From Macrostomum hystrix (Eukaryota > Animalia > Platyhelminthes), in contig CATNEN010000012.1 in the NCBI GenBank assembly GCA_950097015.1, positions 2,356,001 through 2,420,000 of the forward strand: a DNA stretch of 64,000 bases, in the 5' to 3' direction. Shown here piece by piece: positions 1 to 12,940 of the stretch (position 1 is the stretch's first letter; every line of letters begins with the position of its first letter). The notes under the pieces are model-generated. The model was not told where the DNA came from. It saw nothing but the letters and a program-made list of their open reading frames with translations, and searched no databases. Position numbers and translations under genes: made by a program.

Positions 1-289
1 TATTATATTTTGAAATAGGTTTTAAACTAGTGCTAGTTCAGTTATTATTTACATCTGTCATTCCTAGACTTATCTATTATTTACTTGGCACGCATCAACT
101 TTTCTTGATTGAAATTCAATGTAAAGACTATTGTTGATTAGACTGTATAGCACTTGACTTTGCTCAAGAGAAATTTTCTCACCTGTTAATGACAGACAGG
201 CATATTCAATGCGCTTGACATGTTTTCTTCATATCTGTCTGTTAGTCTGCCAAGTTGTCTCAGTTTGTCAAAAGTAACTCTCAACTTCC

Positions 290-495
290 TGGAATCTACG
301 GGCTCGTAAAAGGTACGAGTGTATTTGGCCCAGTTGGGCCAAATACACTGGCCCTGCGTACAGCTGTTCAGTCCATGGACTTTTCCATGAATTTTCTACC
401 CCAGCTGAGGCTTGCTCAGTGTCTTGCTCAAGGAAACATTGGGGCTGAAAGATTCGAACGCATGACATCTCGAACCCACACGTTGCGTGGTGACT
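290..495 (-). mobile_element. SINE-like element (tRNA-type box B plus CORE-like segment) in GALT intron
   Basis: Minus strand carries GTTCGAATC (plus 451-459), followed by GTTTCCTTGAGCAAGACACTG (plus ~417-437), which resembles the CORE-SINE central domain. The downstream 24-mer AGTCCATGGACTGAACAGCTGTAC recurs at ~27332 and partly at ~22107. Boundaries approximate. Confidence 0.5.
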
Positions 496-1014
496 GATTG
501 GTTGAGACTAGGCGATGGTGTCCTGTGGTTGAGCTGCGCCTAATATTTTTGCTTGATTAGTGAAATTGGAGAAATTCGCGTCGGGGTGTCCATAGTGGCC
601 TATTTCCTCCTGTTGTAGCTCTTGAAGGTCTAGCAGTCCGTCTAGATGAAGGTAGGTGACCACCGAAGACGGAGATGATGCAGGCACATTTGGGTGACAT
701 GCTGATCAATTTTGAAGGCCTGGCAAGGCCGTACTGAGGCGCAGTGCTAATTCGTGTATAGTGCTTATGGGAAAAATCTGGCCTTCGGCCAGAACCATTG
801 AATATCTCGTCGGTCTGAAGAGCTGGCGACTTGATTCTTGCTTCAGAAGATGCGCAACAAAAAGTTGGCCCGTGTTCTTGACTTTCGTGTGCTTGCGTTA
901 CTCCGTTCGGGTGCAGCACAAAAAATTGTAAGGGGGGAATTCCCCCTCATTGGTACGAGCTAGTTCTACTATTAAAGGCAAAAATTCCAGCTGCCGTCTG
1001 TTATGATGTTGCAG

Positions 1015-2996
<1,982 letters not shown>

Positions 2997-3067
2997 CCTT
3001 GGGATGATTTGAGGCGTCTGGGTTTGGTGGTGAATTTGTCGGCAAGTTAAGAGTCGATTGACTAGTC

Positions 3068-3490
3068 AACAGATGAGTCGGTAGATGAGTCGGTAGATGA
3101 GTCAATAGATGATTCGGTAGATGAGTCTGTAGATGAGTCTATAGATGAGTCAATAGATGAGTCGGTAGATGAGTCGGTAGATGAGTCAATAGATGATTCG
3201 GTAGATGAGTCTGTAGATGAGTCTATAGATGAGTCTATAGATGAGTCTATAGATGAGTCTATAGATGAGTCAATAGATGAGCCGGTAGATGAGTCTGTAG
3301 ATGAGTCTGTAGATGAGTCAGTAGATGAGTCAATAGATGTATCGGTAGATGAGTCTATAGATGAGTCTATAGATGAGTCTATAGATGAGTCAATAGATGA
3401 GCCGGTAGATGAGTTTGTAGATGAGTCTGTAGATGAGTCTATAGATGAGTCAGTAGATGAGTCAATAGATGAGTCGGTAGATGAGCGATA
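3068..3490. repeat. Minisatellite, 12 bp unit (GTAGATGAGTCN-like), just 3' of the GALT stop
   Basis: Directly visible tandem copies. Confidence 0.93.
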
Positions 3491-4185
3491 GATAGGTCGG
3501 TCGATAAGTCGATGCTTGGATAGATGATTCAGAGTAGTCGGTAGATGAGTTGATAAATTATTCTGTAGATTAGTCAATAAAGTAGCTGTTGATTTACAAT
3601 TTACTGTCACATGACTATAGTTGATCGTTTTGCTTTTGAAAACAATTTAGCCATGGAGGATTTGCCATGACTTTTATAAAACATTCCGTTAAATTCCTTT
3701 TGCATTTGTGATTTAAACAAATAAGCAGCGCGTTGGTCATTGTGTTGGTCATTGTGTTGGTCATTGAATTTTTTCAATATAGCTACTCTTGATTCTTCTT
3801 AGCTAGTTTTGACTGGTTGATTATTAATTGTTTTAATTTTGCATATATTATTTGTCAAACTTATAATGCATAATTTAGTGATTCTCTACGATCAGATATA
3901 TTCAAGTGCTGGGTGTACTTCCCTAATATTGTAATACGTTGTTACCTTTATTAATAAAAAACTAAAGTTAGATTGGCAAGTGCTATTGCTTCCAATATTC
4001 CTGTTTGATTCTTATGAAATTGATAATAAACTAATGCTGCATGGATGTACACTTGCAGTTGAGAACATCCCCTCTGATGATTTTAAGGTGCAACAGCCAC
4101 TTTTCAATTCATGTTTGTACTGCTTTTCTTTCTATTTTTACTATGGAATTGCTGCAGATATGTGAATTATCAGTAAAAAGACTTG

Positions 4186-4852
4186 TGAGGGGGGCAGTGG
4201 ATGGTGAGGGGGGCAGTGGATGGTGAGGGAGGCAGTGGATGGTGAGGGAGGCAGTGGATGGTGAGGGGGGCAGTGGATGGTGAGGGAGGCAGTGGATGGT
4301 GAGGGAGGCAGTGGATGGTGAGGGGGGCAGTGGATGGTGAGGGAGGCAGTGGATGGTGAGGGGCAGTGGATGGTGAGGGGGCAGTGGATGGTGAGGGAGG
4401 CAGTGGATGGTGAGGGAGGCAGTGGATGGTGAGGGGGGCAGTGGATGGTGAGGGAGGCAGTGGATGGTGAGGGAGGCAGTGGATGGTGAGGGGGGCAGTG
4501 GATGGTGAGGGAGGCAGTGGATGGTGAGGGAGGCAGTGGATGGTGAGGGAGGCAGTGGATGGTGAGGGGGGCAGTGGATGGTGAGGGAGGCAGTGGATGG
4601 TGAGGGAGGCAGTGGATGGTGAGGGGGGCAGTGGATGGTGAGGGAGGCAGTGGATGGTGAGGGAGGCAGTGGATGGTGAGGGAGGCAGTGGATGGTGAGG
4701 GAGGCAGTGGATGGTGAGGGAGGCAGTGGATGGTGAGGGAGGCAGTGGATGGTGAGGGAGGCAGTGGATGGTGAGGGAGGCAGTGGATGGTGAGGGAGGC
4801 AGTGGATGGTGAGGGAGGCAGTGGATGGTGAGGGAGGCAGTGGATGGTGAGG
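4186..4852. repeat. G-rich minisatellite, 19-20 bp unit GTGGATGGTGAGGGAGGCA
   Basis: Directly visible tandem copies. Confidence 0.95.
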
Positions 4853-5261
4853 TAGGCAGAGCATGCAGTGTGCCAGTCCAAAAAAGGTCGCAGGAGTCGG
4901 GTGTCAGCTTGTCGTTGTACTTTCCCAATTGATCTTTCACCTGGTTGACGCAGCCGCTCTTTACTCAGAAGCGGATTGTGCTCACCTGAGTCCTGGCTTA
5001 TCCTACTGTCGATTCGAATCCGCAAACGCTTGGCTGAGCACACTTAAAGCAGCAGCAGCAGCAGCCTGCGTTAGCGTCTCAAATTAAGTGTCCTTCAGCT
5101 TGTCTTCTTGTCTGCCACCAGACTTTTCATAATCTGTTGCTTAATATGTATACTTCGTACATGTTATTTTTTACTTCTCGACACTGCTCTACTGCTATTT
5201 ATACTGTAAAAAAGTGTCTAAATCAGACAAAAAAGTCTGGCTATGCTCAATAGAATCATTG

Positions 5262-5985
5262 AAACATTTTCTCCTCACCCTGATCTGGTCATTGAAACAG
5301 TCTCTCTTCACCCTGATCTGGTCATTGAAACAGTCTCTCCTCACCCTGATCTGGTCATTGAAACAGTCTCTCTTCACCCTGATCTGGTCATTGAAACAGT
5401 CTCTCCTCACCCTGATCTGGTCATTGAAACAGTCTCTCCTCACCCTGATCTGGTCATTGAAACAGTCTCTCCTCACCCTGATCTGGTCATTGAAACTGTT
5501 CTCTCCTCACCCTGATCTGGTCATTGAAACAGTCTCTCCTCACCCTGATCTGGTCATTGAAACTGTTCTCTCCTCACCCTGATCTGGTCATTGAAACTGT
5601 TCTCTCCTCACCCTGATCTGGTCATTGAAACTGTTCTCTCCTCACCCTGATCTGGTCATTGAAACTGTTCTCTCCTCACCCTGATCTGGTCATTGAAACA
5701 GTCTCTCTTCACCCTGATCTGGTCATTGAAACTGTTCTCTCCTCACCCTGATCTGGTCATTGAAACAGTCTCTCCTCAACCTGATCTGGTCATTGAAACA
5801 GTCTCTCCTCACCCTGATCTGGTCATTGAAACTGTTCTCTCCTCACCCTGATCTGGTCATTGAAACAGTCTCTCTCCTCACCCTGATCTGGTCATTGAAA
5901 CAGTCTCTCTTCACCCTGATCTGGTCATTGAAACTGTTCTCTCCTCACCCTGATCTGGTCATTGAAACTGTCTCTATTCATCCTG
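5262..5985. repeat. Minisatellite, 33 bp unit CTCACCCTGATCTGGTCATTGAAACAGTCTCTC
   Basis: Period 33 measured between successive TGATCTGG. Confidence 0.95.
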
Positions 5986-6387
5986 ATTGGGCCATATGTT
6001 TTGGCATTTTATCATGAGAATTTTTTTTCGTGAATTTTGGCAAGATTTTCTTTGTTGGTCACATTTAATTTAAGCCTGTTAATTTTCAATGAAGTGCAAA
6101 CTATGTGTATTGATAGATACTTTAACACCTGGTCAACCGTTTAGCAGGGTCCTAAGTGTTAAGGAATAATGCTCTTAATTAGCTCTGTTTCATATTGATC
6201 TCTGCTTTAACGAGACATTAAACTAATAGACTGTAAAATGAAACTTTTCTAATGCTATTGCACAATTTGCCAGCTGCATTGATTTCAAATGGCCAATTTA
6301 TTTTTATCTCGACCTGTAAAAATGGTTATGAACCTTTAAAATTGTTTTGTTAAATATTAAGAGCTAAATCAATGGTTTCCAAAGAGA

Positions 6388-7251
6388 TATATTTGCCAAC
6401 TTTCTCTGTACTCCAAATCCCGAACTCCAAATCCTAAAATCCCTTGCTCCGAGTCCTGAAATCTCCTAACTCTGAATTATAAAATCCTGAACTCCAAATG
6501 CAAAAATCCCGAACTCCAAATCCTGAAATCCCGAACTCCAAATCCTGAAATCCCGAACTCCAAATCCTGAAATCCCGAACACCAAATCCTGAAATCCCGA
6601 ACTCCAAATCTTAAAATCCCGAACTCTCCAAATCCGAAAATCCCGAACTCCAAATCCTGAAATCCCGAACTCCAAATCCTGAAATCCCGAACTCCAAATC
6701 CAAAAATCCCGAACTCCAAATCCAAAAATCCCAAACTCAAAATCCTGAAATCCTGAACTCCAAATCCTGAAAGCCCGAACTCCAAATCCAAAAATCCCAA
6801 ACTCCAAATCCTGAAATCCCGAACTCCAAATCCTGAAATCCCGAACTCCAAATCCAAAAATCCCAAACTCAAAATCCTGAAATCCCGAACTCCAAATCCT
6901 GAAATCCCGAACTCCAAATCCAAAAATCCCGAACTCCAAATCCTGAAATCCTGAACTCCAAATCCAAAAATCCCAAACTCCAAATCCTGAAATCCCGAAC
7001 TCCAAATCCTGAAATCCCGAACTCCAAATCCAAAAATCCCGAACTCCAAATCCAAAAATCCCGAACTCCAAATCCTAAAATCCTGAACTCCAAATCCGAA
7101 AATCCCGAACCCCAAATCCTGAAATCCCGAACTCCAAATTCTGAAAGCCCGAACTCCAAATCCAAAAATCCCGAACTCCAAATCCTGAAATCCTGAACTC
7201 CAAATCCTGAAATCCTGAACTTCGAAACCTGAAACCCCCTCTTCAGAATCC
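6388..7251 (+). repeat. 22 bp minisatellite (CCAAATCCTGAAATCCCGAACT) with short non-repetitive ends, copy 1
   Basis: 5' end TATATTTGCCAACTTTCTCTGTACTCC and 3' end CCTGAAACCCCCTCTTCAGAATCC are both shared with the copy at 9498-10434. Confidence 0.93.
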
Positions 7252-7648
7252 TGCAAGCTGTTAACGCATATTATGTGTTGCTCTTATTTCTCGTTAAGAA
7301 AGTGCCTTTGAATTTTTCCTTCATTGAGCTCAAATCTCAAATCCTCCGCCTGTGAGTGCTGGGCCGGCAGAAGTGGGAATAAGCTAGACCCGACCCTGCA
7401 TGATGAAAATAAGTGCATCCCATTTTGCATTTCTGCGACTTCCCCATGCTTCCCATTGGAAGGGTTGGCACAGGAAACTGAAAGCATGAAAGCTGGGTCT
7501 AGTTGGAGGTGTTTTTAAACCTTATTCCATGATTTTTCTTAACTATTTTGTACTTGATATTCTCACTCACCAATTCCTTACTACCATATTCAATTCTTTA
7601 ACAGTAGACCTCGGCGCTCGGAGTTTTCAACTCCCACATTCTGTATCT

Positions 7649-7752
7649 CCAGAAAATATTCAACCTATCGCCATGAAAATCCAGAAAATATTCAACCTAT
7701 CGCCATGAAAATCCAGAAAATATTCAACCTATCGCCATGAAAATCCAGAAAA
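7649..7752. repeat. Three tandem copies of a 32 bp unit CCAGAAAATATTCAACCTATCGCCATGAAAAT
   Basis: Copies start at 7649, 7681 and 7713. Confidence 0.9.
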
Positions 7753-7834
7753 CGGACTAAAATTTTCCGCTCCATCCGATAAATCAACTTTCAGAATCAC
7801 AAAACATCGGCATAGTCGCAAAACAACCGTCCAT

Positions 7835-8900
7835 CCCTATCCAATCCTTCCATCCCTATCCAATCCTTCCATTCCTATCCAATCCTTCCATCCCTATCCA
7901 ATCCTTCCATCCTTATTAACCCTTACATCCTTATCCAATCCTTCCATCCTTATTAACCCTTACATCCTTATCCAATCCTTCCATCCTTATTAACCATTAC
8001 ATCCTTTTTCAATCCTTCCATCCTTATTAACCCTTACATCCTTATCCAACCCTTCCATCCTTATCCAATCCTTCCATCCTTATTAACCCTTACATCCTTA
8101 TTCAATCCTTCCATCCTTATTAACCCTTACATCCTTATCCAACCCTTCCATCCTTATCCAATCCTTCCATCCTTATTAACCCTTACATCCTTATCCAATC
8201 CAATCCTTCCATCCTTATTAACCCTTCCATCCTTATTAACCCTTACATCCTTATCCAACCCTTCCATCCTTATCCAATCCTTCCATCCTTATTAACCCTT
8301 ACATCCTTATCCAATCCTTCCATCCTTATTAACCCTTACATCCTTATTAACCCTTACATCCTTATCCAACCCTTCCATCCTTATCCAATCCTTCCATCCT
8401 TATCCAATCCTTCCATCCTTATTAACCCTTACATCCTTATTAACCCTTACATCCTTATTAACCCTTACATCCTTATCCAATCCTTCCACCCTTATTAACC
8501 CTTACATCCTTATCCAATTCCTTCATCCTTATTAACCCTTACATCCTTATCCAATCCTTCCATCCTTATCCAATCCTTCCATTCTTATCCAATTCTTCCA
8601 TTCTTTTACCCTTCCATCCTTATCCAATCCTTCCATTCTTATCCAACCCTTCCATCCCTATCGAATCCTTCCATCCTTAATCAACCCTTCCATCCTTATC
8701 CGATTCTTCCATCACTATCCACACCTTCCATCATTTTTCAATCATTCCATCCCTATCCAATCCTTCCATCCTTATCCAATCTATTCATAATTGTCCAATC
8801 CTTCCATCCTTATCCAACCCTACCATCCTTATCCAGTCTATTCATAATTATCCAATCCTTTCATCCTTATCCAATATTTTAATAATTGTCCAATCCTTCC
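7835..8900. repeat. Composite CT/A-rich minisatellite (ATCCTTCCATCCTTATCCA / ATTAACCCTTAC modules)
   Basis: Directly visible, almost G-free on the plus strand, degenerating at the 3' end. Confidence 0.9.
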
Positions 8901-9497
8901 ATCATTTTCCTAGCCCTCCATCATTTCATATCCTGCCATTATTTTTAATTCTTCCAGCTTAATTAACAGTTTTTGTCTCTATCAATTTTTTATCATTGTT
9001 TTCCATTCTCCATTTCTTCCGTTTCTTTGTCCGATCCTTCCGTATTTTTCAGTTTTATTCATATTGATAAAAAATTTGCCTTCTCATCCAGCGTATCAGT
9101 GCGCTAGTGAATCAGTGCATTATTCTATTCTACCCGCAATCTGATGACAAGGATCTTCAACAATCGTGCACAATTCAGCTGCCCTTTTCGCACGATTTTG
9201 TCCCCATCCCAGCCCAATGGGCTGGATACAATGATCCTAAATATTTTCTGGCCCATACTGAACCATCGGTTGACCTTAATTTCCTTTAAAATAAGAAATC
9301 ATCGGTGAGTTTTCTGTTCTTTTAATTGTTTGTCCTTTGTAAATGGTAACTATTGTTATAGAAAACAACTGCATCGAAAAATGTGAACTTTATCGGTTGA
9401 GTTCGCATTGAAAATTTGCTTGTTTAAAACTCCGGATTTTTTTAAAACGACGGATAGGTTTAAGGCGCTTTTTAGTTAGCAAAAGGAAGTCTAACTT

Positions 9498-10434
9498 TAT
9501 ATTTGCCAACTTTCTCTGTACTCCAAATCCCGAACTCCAAATCCAAAAATCCCAAACTCCAAATCCTGAAATCCCGAACTCCAAATCCTGAAATCCCGAA
9601 CTCCAAATCCTGAAATCGCGAACTCCAAATCCTAAAATCCCGAACTCCAAATCCTAAAATCCCGAACTCTCCAAATCCGAAAATCCCGAACTCCAAATCC
9701 GAAAATCCCGAACTCTCCAAATCCGAAAATCCCGAACTCCAAATCCTGAAATCCCGAACTCCAAATCCTGAAATCCCGAACTCCAAATCCTGAAATCCCG
9801 AACTCCAAATCCGAAAATCCCGAACTCCAAATCCTAAAATCCCGAACTCCAAATCCTGAAATCCCGAACTCCAAATCCTGAAATCCCGAACTCCAAATCC
9901 TGAAATCCCGAACACCAAATCCTAAAATCCCGAACTCCAAATCTTAAAATCCCGAACTCTCCAAATTCTGAAATCCCGAACTCCAAATCCTGAAATCGCG
10001 AACTTCAAATCCTAAAATCCCGAACTCCAAATCCTAAAATCCCGAACTCTCCAAATCCGAAAATCCCGAACTCCAAATCCTGAAATCCCGAACTCCAAAT
10101 CCTGAAATCCCGAACTCCAAATCCGAAAATCCCGAACTCTCCAAATCCGAAAATCCCGAACTCCAAATCCTGAAATCCCGAACTCCAAATCCTGAAATCC
10201 CGAACTCCAAATCCTGAAATCCCGAACTCCAAATCCTAAAATCCCGAACTCCAAATCCTGAAATCCCGAACTCCAAATCCAAAAATCCCGAACTCCAAAT
10301 CCGAAAATCCCGAACTCCAAATCCTGAAATCCCGAACTCCAAATCCTGAAATCCCGAACTCCAAATCCAAAAATCCCGAACTCCAAATCCAAAAATCCCG
10401 AACTTCTAAACCTGAAACCCCCTCTTCAGAATCC
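9498..10434 (+). repeat. 22 bp minisatellite with short non-repetitive ends, copy 2
   Basis: Same unit and same terminal sequences as 6388-7251, same orientation. Confidence 0.93.
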
Positions 10435-11085
10435 AAAGGATTCAAGGATTATACAAAGGAAGTCTGTATAAATAATTTCAATATCACATTTAGATGCATA
10501 GATTTATGTTAGGTGCTTAATTAGTTCTTTATTGTTGTTTGTCACCGTACTATAACTGAAGTCATGATTGGTAATATGAGCGAATAGGAATTGATTTTTA
10601 CCCTAAAGGTAGCAATTGATTCCTATTTGCAGCACTATTTAGAAGCTTTCTCTAAGTCATTGAATCTCTTTAATTATGCATCGAACTTCTCTGTAAGCAA
10701 ATTTTGTTTAAAACCTTTAATTTCTTGATTTTCGTTTTCTAGAGATACAAGCTAGTTTTAAAAGATTTGAACGATTACAATTCTAAAAAATCTGCTTTTA
10801 TCGCAGTGATTCAGAATTAAATATTTACTCTCATGCTTGAGTCTTTAAATTAAGTTCGAATAATATTCAATGGACCCAGTTCAGACATGGAGATATAGTT
10901 TTTAATCAATACCACAGACTAACTCGTTTAATTAATAATGGTTTTTATTGTTTCTCAAGGTTATCAGCTCATAAGGTTGATCTCATCTCTGCTTCACTTC
11001 TCGTCTCTGCCGCTGTGCGTATACTTGCTAGGAAATCGACAACAACATCAATCGGTTATTCGTCATCTGCGGCGCCTTCTTGCGC

Positions 11086-11874
11086 TCACAGGCTCTTCTG
11101 GCAGGCGTAGTACATCTCCTGGCCGTTCTGCATCCGGGTGCAGATGTCCCAGTACAGCTGCCGCTTGCTGCCGTGCTGCTGGCTGGCCGGATTGGCCCGG
11201 TGCTGAAATCGGGTTTTAGTGCGGCATCGTCAAAGGCGGTGTCATTTGCAGTTCAGCTGTTTTGTTTTCAAACTTACGTGGTGGCTCTTGGCGCCCTTGT
11301 GGCCCTCAGACTCGCGATATGGCTTCTTGTCCGAGCGCTTGAAGTCGGCCAGAGCGGCGCGTTTGAAGTCAGCCAGAGCGGCGCGTTTGAAGTCAGCCAG
11401 GGCGGCGCGTTTGAAGTCGGCCAGAGCGGCGCGCTTGAAGTCAGCCAGAGCGGCACGTTTGAAGTCGGCCAGGGCGGCGCGTTTAAAGTCAGCGAGGGCG
11501 GCGCGTTTGAAATCGGCCAGAGCGGCGCGTTTGAAGTCAGCGAGGGCGGCGCGCTTGCCTTCGCGGCCGTGCTTGCGGGGCCTTCGCTCCTCGGCCTCGT
11601 AGCCGCGCCAGCTATCAAAGCGCTTGCGAAAATCGGCTAGGGCGGCCCGCTTGGCAACGTGATACTCGGAGTCGGACTCGAAGTGTGTCCTCTGAAAGCG
11701 TTTGGAATTTTATCAGGCAAAGCTGTGGATGCCTTCCTGGACTAGACAATCGACGGCTGTTTGTTGTTCTTAATTCGCTAAAACTGCAATCACAGCCCTC
11801 GGCATGCTCACCTCAGCGCTGCCGACAGACACCAGAAGGCCCACCAGAAGGCAGAGTTGAAGCGCGCAGTTCAT
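11086..11874 (-). CDS. Secreted neuropeptide precursor, 197 aa (coding exons 11874-11812, 11691-11278, 11202-11086): signal peptide, 10 x AALADF, C-terminal Cys-bridged peptide
   Basis: Exon 1 MNCALQLCLLVGLLVSVGSAE (signal peptide), donor GTGAG. Exon 2 (138 codons, phase 0/0) RTHFESDSEYHVA-KR-AALADF-RKR-FDSWRGYEAEE-RRPRKHGREG-KR-(AALADF-KR)x9-SDKKPYRESEGHKGAKSHH, donor GTAAG. 75-nt intron. Exon 3 HRANPASQQHGS-KR-QLYWDICTRMQNGQEMYYACQKSL-stop. All three exons join in frame, and variation among repeats is synonymous. Confidence 0.92.
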
Positions 11875-12831
11875 TCTTGGCTGTCCTGACAAATAAGTGA
11901 TCCAGGTGAAAACGACGAAAGCTGAAATTGGGAATGGGGCAGAGCAGAGTCGCAGCAGTTGAGGCTCGCTCCTTCATCGCATATATACCACAGCTTTCAT
12001 CGCAACAGAGACGCCAAGGCGCCCCTGCTCACACACGGAGCGCAGGAATGAGCGATTGATTGTTTCCGTTGGGAGGCTGGCGCCCGCTCAGCCGCATCGG
12101 CTCAGCTCGTTTCAAAAGCGATGCAACAGAATGGCAATTTTGCAACACGATTCGATCGCCTGTACCAGCTGGCTCCTAAGCTAGAGGCGCACGGAAAAGC
12201 GACACACACACAAACACAAATGGATCGACCTTGCAGCAATTTAGAACAATCTAGGCGCGCAAACAATGTCGCTCTAACCAGTTCTGCCATCTCCCTTATT
12301 AATCCCATTTATAACTGTTAGCACACCTGTCGCATTAAATCTATATAGGGGGGGCGGAGGCTGCCCGCGATGCAACTTTGCAGTTTCAGACAACTCTAAA
12401 CTCTGCAGGAAATCTAAGAAAGCGTGCCCAGAGCTATCCATTCACTATGGATGCACAGTCTGTCTCTAGTTCACTATTCTTAGTGAATGCCCTTTATAAT
12501 TTTGAGGAAGATGCTTCTGAATAGCTAGAGTAACTGCAGACCGCCCTCCGTCAGTCAATTTGGCGTCAATGTGGCGCCCTCCACGCTGCTGAGAAATCTT
12601 GTTTGGCGCTGTTCGCTTAACAGAGAACAATATTAAATTGCCTATTCATTCACTGGCATGAGGCCTCACTCCCACTTCTTTGTTAATCCCATTCTATTGT
12701 CTCGCGTGTCGGGAAAAACATTTAGGACCGATTGGACCCACTGGTGCTGCTGCTACTCTATCTCACAGAAAATGCAAGCAAACACTAAAAGTATTGTTTA
12801 AATTACTCAATTTAGTAGCTAATCAGCTTAC

Positions 12832-12940
12832 CTTGGTTGGAACGCTGCAGCGGAGAGGTAATTGGTGCCGCTTTCTTGTGTTGTTGTTGTTGTTATCGAG
12901 TCGATCGTTGAAACACACAGATCGGGAGGAGAGCTAGAAA
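12832..12940 (-). other. Possible 5' UTR exon of the neuropeptide gene
   Basis: Strong minus-strand donor CCAAG|GTAAGCTG at 12832/12831 and an acceptor TTATTTGTCAG ending at 11886, 11 nt before the ATG. The upstream boundary is a guess. Confidence 0.35.

Noticed and set aside
4860-5100. GC-richer island with a GTGAG...CAG mini-intron-like segment on the minus strand and a 74-aa plus-strand ORF
   Set aside because: I could not build a stop-free spliced frame on either strand or recognise a domain. It may still be part of an unrecognised or non-coding transcript.
7284-9310. Short ORFs at 7284-7518 and 9107-9289
   Set aside because: No recognisable motif and no consistent exon chain.
11080-11640. 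Plus-strand ORFs (186 aa; 127 aa LKSARAAR repeats resembling histone H1 or protamine tails)
   Set aside because: Antisense shadows of the neuropeptide exon. Synonymous variation and splice sites fit only the minus-strand KR-AALADF frame.
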